Origin: Gammaproteobacteria bacterium
Lineage (GTDB): Bacteria > Pseudomonadota > Gammaproteobacteria > Competibacterales > Competibacteraceae
NCBI GenBank assembly: GCA_024234995.1
Contig: JACKNF010000001.1
Coordinates: 353,622 to 417,621, forward strand
Reading direction: 5' to 3'
DNA: 64,000 nucleotides
Below, one piece after another: positions 20,522 to 31,426 of this stretch (positions are counted from its first letter, which is position 1; each line of letters opens with the position of its first letter). Under the pieces are notes generated by a model. That model was not told the DNA's origin, made no database searches, and was given only the letters and a program-made list of their open reading frames with translations. The translations under genes were made by a program, and so were the position numbers.

Positions 20522-21811
20522 TCAGTCGTGACCGGCAGCAGCGCGCCGCTCAACATTCTCATAGATAAAATAAGGCTTAGCGCGACCTTCGATCACCGAG
20601 TCGTCGATCACTACTTTGTGAACATCCTGCATACTGGGCAGATCATACATAGTGTCCAGAAGAATATGTTCTAGAATAGTTCTAAGACCTCGCGCCCCAG
20701 TTTTGCGTTCCATAGCCCGGCGCGCTACGGCTTCCAATGCATCATCGCGCAGCTCCAGTTCGCTGCCTTCCATCTCGAACAGTTTCTTGAACTGTTTGGC
20801 GATAGCATTCTTGGGTTCGGTCAGAATGCGTACTAGGGCATGCTCATCCAGTTCGGACAAGGTTGCTACGACGGGCAGCCGGCCAACAAATTCCGGGATC
20901 AGGCCATACTTGATGAGATCTTCTGGTTCGACCTCCATCAGCACTTCACCCACAGTCTTGCCGCCTTCCTTGCTCTTGACTTCCGCGGAAAAACCAATCC
21001 CGCCTTGCTCAGACCGGCTGCGGATCACTTTGTCCAAGCCAGCGAAAGCTCCGCCACAGATGAACAAGATATTGCTGGTGTCAACTTGCAGGAATTCCTG
21101 TTGCGGATGCTTGCGCCCGCCTTGTGGTGGTACCGAAGCAAGCGTTCCTTCAATCAGTTTCAACAATGCCTGCTGCACGCCTTCACCGGAAACGTCGCGC
21201 GTGATGGAGGGGTTATCAGATTTGCGCGAGATCTTATCGATTTCGTCGATGTAAACGATGCCTGTCTGTGCTCTCTCGACATCGTAATCGCACTTTTGAA
21301 GCAGTTTTTGGATGATATTTTCCACGTCCTCGCCAACATAGCCTGCCTCGGTCAGCGTGGTGGCGTCAGCGATGGTGAATGGGACGTTTAACAAGCGTGC
21401 CAAGGTTTCAGCTAAGAGAGTTTTACCCGATCCAGTAGGGCCAATCAGCAAAATGTTGCTTTTTGTCACTTCAATATCGGGGGTCCGGCCACGGTTTGCT
21501 CGTTGCAACTCCTGACGTTTGTAGTGATTATAAACAGCAACCGATAACACCTTTTTGGCGCGCTCTTGGCCAATCACGTATTCATCGAGAACCAGCTTAA
21601 TGTCATGTGGTTTGGGCAACCGGCTGGCGGCGGCCGGCGCGTTCTCTTCCATCTCCTCGCGGATGATGTCATTGCATAGCTCGACGCATTCATCGCAAAT
21701 GAATACATTTGGCCCGGCAATTAGCTTGCGCACCTCATGCTGGCTTTTACCACAAAAGGAACAGTACAACAGCTTATCGTCGTCGCTCCTCTCACTTCGG
21801 TTTTTACCCAT
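20522..21811 (-). CDS. clpX: ATP-dependent Clp protease ATP-binding subunit ClpX
   Basis: It has the zinc-binding motif CSFCGKSQ and GPTGSGKT. It is collinear with E. coli ClpX. Confidence 0.95.
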   Translation of the reverse strand: MGKNRSERSDDDKLLYCSFCGKSQHEVRKLIAGPNVFICDECVELCNDIIREEMEENAPAAASRLPKPHDIKLVLDEYVIGQERAKKVLSVAVYNHYKRQELQRANRGRTPDIEVTKSNILLIGPTGSGKTLLAETLARLLNVPFTIADATTLTEAGYVGEDVENIIQKLLQKCDYDVERAQTGIVYIDEIDKISRKSDNPSITRDVSGEGVQQALLKLIEGTLASVPPQGGRKHPQQEFLQVDTSNILFICGGAFAGLDKVIRSRSEQGGIGFSAEVKSKEGGKTVGEVLMEVEPEDLIKYGLIPEFVGRLPVVATLSELDEHALVRILTEPKNAIAKQFKKLFEMEGSELELRDDALEAVARRAMERKTGARGLRTILEHILLDTMYDLPSMQDVHKVVIDDSVIEGRAKPYFIYENVERRAAAGHD

Positions 21812-21892
21812 TTTGCCACCCTCATCGTCGCGCGGTCACTGCGGCCGCGACGCTCCCTCGCCTGCGTAACCGGTACCGTTAAGAAATCGAAA

Positions 21893-22531
21893 TCAGCTTG
21901 CCGCCACTACCGGGAGACGCTGGCTAAGCACAGCATCTATCAGGCCGTATTCGACCGCCTCGGCACCACCCATGAAGTTGTCACGATCGGTGTCCACCGC
22001 GATTCTCTCGACAGGTTGGCCAGTATGCCGGGCCAAAATGCGGTTGAGCCGGTCTCGAACCAGCAGGATCTCCCGGGCATGAATATCGATATCACTCGCC
22101 TGCCCTTGGAAGCCTCCTAAGGGTTGGTGAATCATGATACGTGAGTGCGGCAGGCAAAACCGCTTGCCTTTTGTTCCGCCTGCCAATAGCAAAGCACCCA
22201 TGCTGGCAGCTTGACCCACGCACATGGTGCTGATATCGGGTTTAATGAACTGCATGGTGTCGTAGATGGCTAAGCCAGCACTGACGGAACCTCCCGGCGA
22301 GTTGATGTAGAGATGAATATCCTTATCCGGGTTCTCTGCCTCTAGAAAGAGTAGCTGAGCGACCACTAGATTGGCGGCGTAATCCTCAACCGGCCCAACC
22401 AGGAATACCACACGCTCCTTAAGTAACCGGGAGTAGATGTCATAAGCTCTTTCACCACGCGCGGTTTGCTCAACCACAATAGGGACGAGATTGAGCGCCC
22501 GTGTGACCGTGGAAGTTATGTCTTCGCTCAT
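21893..22531 (-). CDS. clpP: ATP-dependent Clp protease proteolytic subunit ClpP
   Basis: The Ser-His-Asp triad context is present (GQAASMG...MIHQP). Confidence 0.95.
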   Translation of the reverse strand: MSEDITSTVTRALNLVPIVVEQTARGERAYDIYSRLLKERVVFLVGPVEDYAANLVVAQLLFLEAENPDKDIHLYINSPGGSVSAGLAIYDTMQFIKPDISTMCVGQAASMGALLLAGGTKGKRFCLPHSRIMIHQPLGGFQGQASDIDIHAREILLVRDRLNRILARHTGQPVERIAVDTDRDNFMGGAEAVEYGLIDAVLSQRLPVVAAS

Positions 22532-23868
22532 GAGGGATGCTCCTGATTGGCCAAGGCTAGAGGCTCTTGGGGCGGAGCGGTTACTTCGCTAAAAGTGCTC
22601 AATTTTTCAGTGACTTGGGCTCGTTCAAGTATCCATTCAACTACTTGATCCTCGAACACTAGGCCGCGTACATTGCTGATTTGCTCCGGATCTTGCTCAC
22701 ACGCGCGTATCCATTCATCAGGTTCTTCATAGGCGGCTGACATAGACTCCAGAAAAGCGCGCACCCGTTGCTCATCGATCTTGATATGCTGTTTTGTCGC
22801 CAGATTGGAGATCAGCAGGCCAAGCGTCAGCCGGCGCCGGGCTTCGGCGCCAAATAAATGATTCTTGATTTGCCGGATCTTGCCGTCATCGTCGACATTG
22901 GGAGGAACATTTATCATTTGATGTGCCAACTGGTCGATTTCTTGATCGATCAGCGTTTGCGGTAACGGTATTTGGTTGGCTACCAGTAACCCCTGCATCA
23001 CTTGCCGCTTGACTGCTGCTTTAATGCCCTCATGCAGTTCACGCTCCATATTGTCGCGCAGCGACTGGCGCAAACGAGTTATGCCACCTTCACGAATGTC
23101 AAAACTTTCAGCAAAGGCATCATCGAGATCTGGCAGGGTTGCTTCCTCGACGCAGTGGAGTTTGATCTGTATGTGGGCTGTCTTGCCAGCGATGTTATTA
23201 ACAGAATAATCGTCTGGAAAGGTCAGATCGAATTCTGTTTCAGCGCCAGGGGTGAGACCTATCAGTTTTTCCTCAAGTTCCGGGAGTGTCATCTTTCTAC
23301 CCAGAATTACCTCAGTTTCCTTATTCTGGCTGCTAGGGGAGTGCTGGCCATCAATGGTGCTGTCGAAATCAAATCGCAAGCGATCGTTTAGGCCTGCCGG
23401 ACGCTCCACAGAGTTCCAGGCTGCCCGTTGCCAGCGCAGAGTGTCGATCATCTGATCGATATCCTGTTCGGTAACTTCTGCTACTGGGCGCTCGATCTGA
23501 ATTGTCTCAAACCCGGTGGTTTCGAATTCCGGCAAGACTTCGAAAGTCACGGAATATTCAAAATCTTGTCCTTCCTCTAAAGGTTTAGGCTCAATTCTAG
23601 GTTGACCAAGTGGATTGAGTTTTTCCTGAATCAGTGCCTCGCGCAGGCTTTGTTCCATAAGTTCGCTGGCGACCTCAAACTGTACTTGGCTTCCATGCAG
23701 CCGCTTAACCATCTTAAGCGGTACCTTGCCCGGACGGAAACCTGCCATTTTAACCTGTCTGGACAGTGTTTGCAGCCGACTCTGGATTTCCTTGGCTACC
23801 TTTTCGGCAGGCACCTGTACGGTGACCCGGCGCTCCAGATCATTCAGCGCTTCAACTGAAACCTGCAT
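22528..23868 (-). CDS. tig: Trigger factor
   Basis: The 446-aa product begins MQVSVE and overlaps clpP by 4 nt. Confidence 0.95.
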   Translation of the reverse strand: MQVSVEALNDLERRVTVQVPAEKVAKEIQSRLQTLSRQVKMAGFRPGKVPLKMVKRLHGSQVQFEVASELMEQSLREALIQEKLNPLGQPRIEPKPLEEGQDFEYSVTFEVLPEFETTGFETIQIERPVAEVTEQDIDQMIDTLRWQRAAWNSVERPAGLNDRLRFDFDSTIDGQHSPSSQNKETEVILGRKMTLPELEEKLIGLTPGAETEFDLTFPDDYSVNNIAGKTAHIQIKLHCVEEATLPDLDDAFAESFDIREGGITRLRQSLRDNMERELHEGIKAAVKRQVMQGLLVANQIPLPQTLIDQEIDQLAHQMINVPPNVDDDGKIRQIKNHLFGAEARRRLTLGLLISNLATKQHIKIDEQRVRAFLESMSAAYEEPDEWIRACEQDPEQISNVRGLVFEDQVVEWILERAQVTEKLSTFSEVTAPPQEPLALANQEHPS

Positions 23869-23975
23869 CGATACACCTCAAAAACCGGTTATAGGGTTAT
23901 ATGGGTAAACCCACCTATCATATGTACCCATCATGACATGAATGAGTTCATTTTTCTGGATATTGCGGGCGTGAA

Positions 23976-24060
23976 TGGTGCGAAAGGAGAGACTCGAACT
24001 CTCACGGGTTACCCCACTGGAACCTAAATCCAGCGCGTCTACCAGTTCCGCCACTTTCGC
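23976..24060 (-). tRNA. tRNA-Leu (TAG)
   Basis: This 85-nt gene has a long variable arm, anticodon loop TTTAGGT and encoded CCA. Confidence 0.85.
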
Positions 24061-24230
24061 AGTTAAGAACGCGATCCGCCACGACAGCCATAAAGCCCTT
24101 GTGCAGATAAGGGCGCTACAGCTAAACGCCAGTATACAAGACAGTGCCCATTCCAAAATAGGAACTGGCTTGCGGTAGAGTTCTTCAGGGCGGTCGACAA
24201 CCGAGGAAGGAATGCACTTGGAATATTGAA

Positions 24231-24306
<76 letters not shown>

Positions 24307-24356
24307 GAAGCCGGTTGTGCATGGAACCAAATCTGTTCCGAAAACAAGCCTAAGTT

Positions 24357-24433
24357 TGGGGTGGACGATGGGACTCGAACCCACGACGACCGGAATCACA
24401 ATCCGGGACTCTACCAACTGAGCTACGTCCACC
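24357..24433 (-). tRNA. tRNA-His (GTG)
   Basis: The anticodon is GTG and the acceptor is the G-1 type (…CCACCCCA). Confidence 0.85.
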
Positions 24434-24463
24434 ATTAATCCGATCACCGACCTAGCCGGGAGT

Positions 24464-24540
<77 letters not shown>

Positions 24541-24572
24541 ATTGCCACAATGCTGTCAACTAACCTGTATAG

Positions 24573-24649
<77 letters not shown>

Positions 24650-24740
24650 TTACTTCCGGTCGTCGACACCGATGATTTCGCGCCTCCATGCAGGAATATA
24701 GAATTTTATTGGTGAAACCCTGGTATCGTCAAGCTGGTTT

Positions 24741-26156
24741 TCACTCCCGGCGCCAAATTGTACCTTTTGAGGTATCTTCAAGGACGATACCAGCCTCTTG
24801 CAGCATCGCACGGATACGGTCTGCCTCAGCCCAATTTTTTGCTTTGCGGGCAGCGGTGCGTTGGTCTATCAATTCCTGGGTACGGGTGCTGGAATAGCTT
24901 TTTTCTGCGTTGCGGGTCCATCCATTAACATGAGCAGTATCTATTTGTCCATGCAGGAAAGTATCTGGATCGCTTTGCAATAGTCCTAAAAAACCTCCTA
25001 GCTGCTTCAAAGTCGTACTTAATTGCGCTGCCATCGTTTCATCTTCGACCCGCAAGCGGTTAATTTCGCGTACCAGGTCAAATAGAACTGCCAATGCTTC
25101 GGGGGTATTGAAATCATCATCCATCGCCTGAGTGAAGCGCACCTGCCAGCTTTCCTCGACTGGCGTGCCCATCACCGGCAGTCCTCGCAGGGCAGTGTAT
25201 AACCGGGTCAGCGAAGCCTTGGCGTGATCCAGGTTCTCATTGGCGTAGTTCAGCGGTCCTCGATAGTGGCTGGATAGAATAAATAGGCGCACTACCTCCG
25301 GCTGGTAGCGTTGTAAAACATCACGTAAAGTGAAGAAGTTGCCCAATGACTTGGACATCTTCTCATCGTTCACTTGAACAAACCCGTTATGCATCCAGAA
25401 ATTTACATAAGGTTGACCGCTAGCAGCTTCGGATTGAGCAATCTCATTTTCATGATGCGGAAATTTTAGGTCCATGCCGCCGCCATGAATGTCAAAATGC
25501 TCGCCCAGACAATGGGTGGACATGGTTGAACATTCAATGTGCCAGCCCGGCCGTCCGTCTCCCCATGGCGATGGCCAACTGGGTTCACTGGGCTTGGCGG
25601 CTTTCCACAGTACGAAATCCAGCGGATCGTCTTTAGCTTCCTCTATTTCAATTCGTGAGCCGGCACGTAGGTCATCTAATTTCTTATTGGCCAGTTGTCC
25701 ATAACGATCAAAGCGGCTTACGTCATAGTACACATCACCGCTGGTGCCAATGTAGGCAAACTCCTTGGCCAGTAATGTTTGAATCATAGCAATCATATCG
25801 GTCATCGCTTCGGTGGCGCGCGGTTCCTGAGTTGGCGGCAGAATACCCAGTGCGCCTAGATCCTCATGCATGGCTTGGATGAAACGATTAGTCAAGGCAT
25901 GAAAATCCTCGCCGTTTTCCTCAGCGCGGCGGATGATTTTGTCATCGATATCGGTAATATTCCGCACGTAGGTCACGTCATAGCCTTTGGCCCGTAACCA
26001 GCGCAGCACAATATCGAATACCACCATTACCCGGGCATGGCCAACATGGCAATAGTCGTAAACTGTCATACCGCAAACGTACATCCGCACCTTGCCCGGC
26101 TCAATAGGCTGGAACTCTTCTTTCTGGCGGGTCAGGCTGTTAAAAATCTGGAGCAT
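24741..26156 (-). CDS. cysS: Cysteine--tRNA ligase
   Basis: The product begins [15 protein letters not shown] and has HIGH and KMSKS motifs. It is collinear with E. coli CysS. The start was set at the conserved ATG (26154-26156). Confidence 0.95.
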   Translation of the reverse strand: MLQIFNSLTRQKEEFQPIEPGKVRMYVCGMTVYDYCHVGHARVMVVFDIVLRWLRAKGYDVTYVRNITDIDDKIIRRAEENGEDFHALTNRFIQAMHEDLGALGILPPTQEPRATEAMTDMIAMIQTLLAKEFAYIGTSGDVYYDVSRFDRYGQLANKKLDDLRAGSRIEIEEAKDDPLDFVLWKAAKPSEPSWPSPWGDGRPGWHIECSTMSTHCLGEHFDIHGGGMDLKFPHHENEIAQSEAASGQPYVNFWMHNGFVQVNDEKMSKSLGNFFTLRDVLQRYQPEVVRLFILSSHYRGPLNYANENLDHAKASLTRLYTALRGLPVMGTPVEESWQVRFTQAMDDDFNTPEALAVLFDLVREINRLRVEDETMAAQLSTTLKQLGGFLGLLQSDPDTFLHGQIDTAHVNGWTRNAEKSYSSTRTQELIDQRTAARKAKNWAEADRIRAMLQEAGIVLEDTSKGTIWRRE

Positions 26157-26296
26157 AGAGAATTCTCTCGGCAGAAAGATCCTGTAGAGGTTTAACACGG
26201 TAGCATGGTAAAGCGGGTTAGCACAGTAGTCGTCCGGCAATTCTCATAATTAGCGGTTTCACCCGGTTTCTGGTTGTGATTGACAAGAAGGCGGTG

Positions 26297-26389
26297 TCTA
26301 GGGGAGAAGTTGAAGTTGGTTATCCATCCGCTTCAAAATGGTACCGGCTGCTAAAAGCACGAGAATGATTAGGTTTGCCAACGCGACCA
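26297..26389 (-). CDS. Hypothetical 30-aa hydrophobic peptide
   Basis: ATG-initiated ORF MVALANLIILVLLAAGTILKRMDNQLQLLP in the cysS-yejF intergenic region. No homology was recognised. Confidence 0.2.
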
Positions 26390-26426
26390 TAGATACTTCT
26401 AACCGTAAATAACGAATACAAACTGC

Positions 26427-28070
26427 TTAGATTGACACGATGTCGTTTCCAGCTACTTCCAGATTCAATGCCGCTGCTAGCAAAGCTTGGGTATAGGGAT
26501 GCTGAGGGCGATCAAACACCTGCCGTGCGGGTCCTTCCTCCACTACCCGGCCGTTTTTCATCACCAGCAGGTGATTCGCCAGCGCCCGTACCACCCGCAA
26601 ATCATGGCTGATGAACACATAGGCCAACCGGTAGCGGTGTTGCAAGTCGCGCAATAAGTCCACGATCTGCGCCTGCACCGATACATCCAGGGCACTGGTT
26701 GGTTCATCGAGAATCAGCAGACGAGGTTGCAAAGCCAGGGCACGGGCGATGGCAATGCGCTGGCGCTGGCCGCCGGAAAACTCATGAGGATAACGGTCCT
26801 GGGTCTCCGGGTCCAATCCGACTTCTTCCAGCGCCTGCGCGATCCGGGTGCGCCGGGCCTTGCGATCACCGGCCAGTCCATGAACCTGTAAACCCTCTTC
26901 GACAATCTCCCCTACCGGCAACCGTGGACTTAATGAACCATAAGGATCTTGAAAGACAATCTGCATGGCTTGACGCAACGGACGCAATGCCTTGCTTGGT
27001 TGATTATCAATACGCTGGCCATCGAAGTGGATCGCGCCGTTGCTGGACAGCAGCCGTAGCAGCGCTAACCCCAAGGTGGTTTTACCAGAACCGCTCTCCC
27101 CGACTACGCCTAAGGTTTGTCCTTCGCGCACGCTGACATTGACCCCGTCGACTGCCTTGACGTGATCTATCACTCGCCCGAATAAGCCTCGCTTAAGCGG
27201 GAACCAAACCTTGAGACCATCGCCGGCCATCACCACTGGCGCATCGTTGCTTTCCGGAGGCGGCTCGCCTTTTGGCTCGGCAGCTAACAATTGCCGGGTG
27301 TAGGGATGTTGGGGATTGTTAAAAATCCCGGCGGTTAAGCCAGTTTCCACCACCACACCGGCCTGCATTACGCAGACCCGATCCGCCATTTTGCGGACGA
27401 TACCTAGGTCATGGGTGATAAAGAGGATGGCCATGCCCAGTCTTGCCTGCAAATCTTTCAGTAATTTGAGGATTTGCGCCTGAATGGTGACGTCTAGAGC
27501 GGTAGTTGGCTCATCAGCAATAAGAATATCAGGATCATTGGCCAGTGCCATGGCGATCATCACCCGCTGGCGCTGTCCGCCAGACAATTCATGCGGCAAA
27601 GCGCTCAAACGATGCATCGCATCGGGTAGTCCCACCAGTTCCAGTAGTTCCACGATCCGTGCCTTGAGCTTGGCACCGCTCAATCCTTTATGCAGCAGCA
27701 GTGTTTCGCCAATCTGTTTCTCAATGGAATGCAAAGGATTCAGCGACGTCATTGGTTCCTGGAATACCATGGCGATCTGATTACCACGAATCGCGCGCAA
27801 ACGGGCAGAGGGCGCGCCCAGCAATTCCTCGCCGCGCAGGCGGATACTGCCGCCTGGATGCCGGGCGTGAGGATAGGGGAGCAGCTGTAGCAGCGATAGC
27901 GCCGAAACCGATTTGCCAGAGCCGCTTTCCCCAACCAACGCGAGCGTCTCGCCGCGATCGAGCGTGAAGGAAATCTGTTTCACCGCCAGTATCCCGCCGA
28001 AAGAAACAGATAGATCATAGACTTCGAGGAGAGGGTTTGATTTGGTCACTGGAGTCATTCCGGGATGCAT
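26427..28070 (-). CDS. yejF: ABC transporter ATP-binding protein with duplicated NBDs, YejF-like
   Basis: It has two Walker A motifs (GESGSGKS) and two LSGGQRQR signatures. It is collinear with E. coli YejF. Confidence 0.85.
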   Translation of the reverse strand: MHPGMTPVTKSNPLLEVYDLSVSFGGILAVKQISFTLDRGETLALVGESGSGKSVSALSLLQLLPYPHARHPGGSIRLRGEELLGAPSARLRAIRGNQIAMVFQEPMTSLNPLHSIEKQIGETLLLHKGLSGAKLKARIVELLELVGLPDAMHRLSALPHELSGGQRQRVMIAMALANDPDILIADEPTTALDVTIQAQILKLLKDLQARLGMAILFITHDLGIVRKMADRVCVMQAGVVVETGLTAGIFNNPQHPYTRQLLAAEPKGEPPPESNDAPVVMAGDGLKVWFPLKRGLFGRVIDHVKAVDGVNVSVREGQTLGVVGESGSGKTTLGLALLRLLSSNGAIHFDGQRIDNQPSKALRPLRQAMQIVFQDPYGSLSPRLPVGEIVEEGLQVHGLAGDRKARRTRIAQALEEVGLDPETQDRYPHEFSGGQRQRIAIARALALQPRLLILDEPTSALDVSVQAQIVDLLRDLQHRYRLAYVFISHDLRVVRALANHLLVMKNGRVVEEGPARQVFDRPQHPYTQALLAAALNLEVAGNDIVSI

Positions 28071-29176
28071 TTTATCGGCGCCATTGTGTTAATAGCTGTC
28101 AAATGAGGTTCAGGGGCAGGATGAGGTGGCAGCAGGCCCCTTAGCCGCGCTTCCCGCTCCACAGGCGGCAATTGACCAATCGCCTCCGCGGCCCGGTAAA
28201 ATGCTGCAAAATCGTGTCCTGCCCGTTCAAACAATGCTAGAAATGCTGGAACTTGCCGGTGGTAAGTATTGACGCCAGCCAGCTTGGCGTTGTTCAGGTC
28301 TTGTGCGAACCAGCGGTCATAACCTGCATAACCCGCCCAGTTCTGCTTAAGTTCCTGATAGCGTTCGCGCAGTTTCGCTAAAATATACTGCTTGCACACC
28401 CGTTTCTCTGCCTCGTTCTGAGGAGAACCATAAAGTGCCGCCAGTTGTGCACGGGTATCTGCGGTTAATTGTAAAAATTGCGCGCGCCGGCGGTGATCTG
28501 TGACATATTCGTGGTACTCAAGGACTGTGCCGCGCCGCTCCAGCCAGCGTTCGGCGCCCAACTGGCCTACAGCGGTCGCGAACGCTTCATTGAAAGCTGT
28601 ATCATCTGCGATATACAACCGCTGATGGGCTAGCTCATGAAACATCAATTCCGCCAGCTGTCCTGTGGGCCAGCTGATAAAGGTGCTTAGTAGTGGATCG
28701 TCGAACCAGCCAAGCGTCGAGTAGGCGGTAATGTCGGCTACATAAACATCATCGCCTGCGGTGCGCAATTCCCCAGCTAACTGGTAAGCTGCCGCAACGT
28801 CAAAATAACCGCGATAGCTCAGGCAGCCCACCATCAGGAAACACCATTGGCGCGGCTGTAGATCCAATTCTGGCGCGGCGAACACGTTTTTTACCACCCA
28901 GGGCCGCTGGAGGCCGGAAAAGCTCCGGTAGCTGCTATTATCCGGCAGGGCCAGCTCCTCGCTGGCGAAGTCGCGCAAAGCCTGCGCGGCTTTCAACCGC
29001 TGGCGCAGTTCCGGCGAGGTTGCTGGATCGGCCAGTACCTCTGCTACGGGCCGGCGGACGCGCCAAAGTTCCCATTGACCCGCGGCCGCTTGTCGGTAAT
29101 AGGCCAGATCGGCGCAACCTGATAAAGCCAGGATACTCAGGGTTAACATTGAAACCCAAAATCGGAAAAGCTGCAC
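28055..29176 (-). CDS. Predicted zinc aminopeptidase lipoprotein (PF10023-like)
   Basis: It has a lipobox LSGC and an HExxH motif (MFHELAHQ). Confidence 0.55.
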   Translation of the reverse strand: MQLFRFWVSMLTLSILALSGCADLAYYRQAAAGQWELWRVRRPVAEVLADPATSPELRQRLKAAQALRDFASEELALPDNSSYRSFSGLQRPWVVKNVFAAPELDLQPRQWCFLMVGCLSYRGYFDVAAAYQLAGELRTAGDDVYVADITAYSTLGWFDDPLLSTFISWPTGQLAELMFHELAHQRLYIADDTAFNEAFATAVGQLGAERWLERRGTVLEYHEYVTDHRRRAQFLQLTADTRAQLAALYGSPQNEAEKRVCKQYILAKLRERYQELKQNWAGYAGYDRWFAQDLNNAKLAGVNTYHRQVPAFLALFERAGHDFAAFYRAAEAIGQLPPVEREARLRGLLPPHPAPEPHLTAINTMAPIKCIPE

Positions 29177-29289
29177 AAAAATCCCTCGTTCAATCTGCTA
29201 CTGTCCTAATCAAGACCTGAGCAATGTTTCCAGCGCTGGAGATTGAGAAACGCTTGCTGAACTTCACGAATGATCGGATGAATACAGAC

Positions 29290-30529
29290 ACAATGACCAT
29301 TTATCTTGTCGGCGGTGCTGTCCGTGACGCGCTGTTGAACCTGCCGGTTAAAGAACGGGACTGGGTCGTGGTCGGCGCTACTCCGGACGACTTGCTGACT
29401 CGTGGCTTCCGTCCGGTTGGCAAGGATTTTCCGGTATTCCTGCATCCGGAAACCCATGATGAATACGCCCTGGCGCGTACCGAACGCAAGACCGCGCCGG
29501 GCTATCATGGGTTCCACGTCCACGCGCGCTCCTGAGGTGACTCTGGAGGATGATTTGCAAAGCGCCGTGACCTTACCATCAATGCCATGGCGCGTGATGC
29601 GCAAGGTCAATTGATCGATCCCTATCACGGCGCCCGCGATCTCGAAGCCCGTTGGTTGCGTCATGTGTCGCCAGCCTTTGCTGAAGACCCGGTGCGAATT
29701 CTTCGCGTGGCCCGCTTTAGCGCCTGTTATGCGTCACTCGGCTTCCGGGTTGCACCGGAAACCCTGGCTCTGATGCGAGACATGGTCGCCAGTGGCGAAG
29801 TTGATCACCTGACGTCAGAACGGGTTTGGGTGGAAACTGTGCGCGCATTGGGCGAATCGCGTCCCGAGCGATTCATTGAAACTCTGCGCGCGACTGTGGC
29901 GCGCTGGCGCGCATTTTTCCGGAGCTGGACGCTTGTTCGGCGTACCGCAGCCTCCCGCGCATCATCCAGAAATTGACACGGGCGTCCATACACTGATGGC
30001 CTTGGCCCAGGCGGTACGGCTAGGCGCGCGGATGCCGTGACCCGTTTCGCGGTGTTGGTTCACGATTTCGGTAAGGGGAATGACTCCATCTGAAGAATGG
30101 CCGCGTCATCTCGGCCATGAAGATCGCGGCGCCGATCTGGTACGCACCTTCTGCCAGCGGCTGCGGTTCCTAACCTGCACCGGGAACTGGGGTCCTCACC
30201 GCCCGTTATCATACGCATTGCCATCGGGCGTTAGAGTTACGCCCAAAACCCTCCTCAAAATTCTGCAAGGATTAGACGTCCTGCGCAAACCGCAGCGCTT
30301 TGAACAGTTCTTGCTGGCTTGCAGAAGCGGATGCCCGGGTCGCCTGGGACTGGAAAACCGGAATTATCCCCAGGCAGATCTGTTGCGACGTATCTATCAA
30401 GCTGCATCCAGCATCCAGGCGCGACCGTTGATGGAGCAAGGTTTAAGCGGGCTGGCGCTGGCCGAAGCCTTGCGGCAAGAACGGCTGGCGGCAATTACTG
30501 CTAAGCGACAAGCATTTGAAACGTGTTAA
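29290..30529 (+). pseudogene. cca: CCA-adding tRNA nucleotidyltransferase, full length but with at least 5 frameshifts
   Basis: Pieces lying in three frames are collinear with E. coli Cca ([15 protein letters not shown]...; RDLTINAMA...[16 protein letters not shown]; EEWPRH.GH...; KPQRFEQ). Frame changes fall near 29520, 29556, 29935, 30020 and 30075. Confidence 0.8.
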
Positions 30530-30537
30530 TGTAGCGC

Positions 30538-30770
30538 TTGACCCGCACTTTTTCTGGTTATAATCCGCCACCCTATGAACCAGAAACTTCGTAACCCCAT
30601 TTTTATCCGTGGCTGACCGGTATTCACCGGCGGTACGCGGTTGCGTGTCAGCGATGGATCTGACGTAGATCCTGCGAGATTCAGCTCGGAGGGTCCTTGC
30701 CAGGCAGCCCTCCGGACGGGAATATAAGAACCCCGGTCGGCGGTGCGCCGACCGGGGTTTTGTTTTTTCT
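30538..30770 (+). ncRNA. Candidate small RNA: consensus sigma70 promoter to strong intrinsic terminator with no ORF
   Basis: The -35 TTGACC (30538-43) and -10 TATAAT (30559-64) have a 15-nt spacer. The terminator is ccccggtcggcggtgcgccgaccgggg plus TTTTGTTTTTT (30721-30770). A GGAGGG...CCCTCC hairpin lies between. Confidence 0.3.
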
Positions 30771-30888
30771 GCAACTTGTTCGAAGCAGCCCCGCTGCTGC
30801 ACAGCGGTACCGGTTCTGAATGCCGGTCTGGCGCGCTCACGCTAACCATCGCACGGCGTGTATCGGGCGGCAGCGGGACTTCGAAGCG

Positions 30889-30961
30889 AGGAAAGTAGCT
30901 CAGTGGGTAGAGCAGCTGATTCATCATCAGTCGGCCGAGGGTTCAACTCCCTCCTTTTCAC
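30889..30961 (+). other. tRNA-like element (CAT anticodon) / degenerate tRNA, followed by a tRNA 3'-half-like segment to about 31010
   Basis: It folds as a cloverleaf with D-stem GCTC/GAGC and T-arm GAGGG-TTCAACT-CCCTC. There is a 1:72 mismatch, a pyrimidine at position 37 and no CCA. Downstream lie GGCCCTCAACGGGCC and TGCGGTTCGAATCCGC (T-loop signature). Confidence 0.3.
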
Positions 30962-31426
30962 TGGTTAAGGCCCTCAACGGGCCTGCGGTTCGAATCCGCT
31001 TGGATGCCACAAGCATCCCTCCTCGCAACACCCGGGAGCCGTCCCGGCGGGCGGTTGTTGACCTCGCGTTTCGGCGTGATGTTGATGGCTGGCCTGCAGC
31101 GCCTGCGTGACCTTGCGCGGCGGGCAACGGGTCGGTGCCAATGATTGGCCAGCCGGCCGCAGCGAAAGCAGGCAAGGATGCCTCGCGTTGCAGCCTGGCC
31201 CGCCGGTGATCCGCCCGGTCTGCCCCGTCGCCCGCTGCATGGGCGTGGGGCGCGCTTCCAATTCTTTCAACCTGATTATCAACTCAGCCGGCGGGAGCCG
31301 TTCTTAATGACATCCTGACGTTCGGCAGTGGCGGGCCAGAAACGGTGCCGATAGCAACACGCCACGCTCAACCGCTGGATACGGCGGAACAGGAAGACCC
31401 AAAATACATTTATAAGGAGAACCAAG

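Noticed and set aside
29206-29664. 152-aa minus-strand ORF overlapping the cca region
   Set aside because: It lies antisense to recognisable Cca-coding segments and has no homology. The cca fragments explain the locus.
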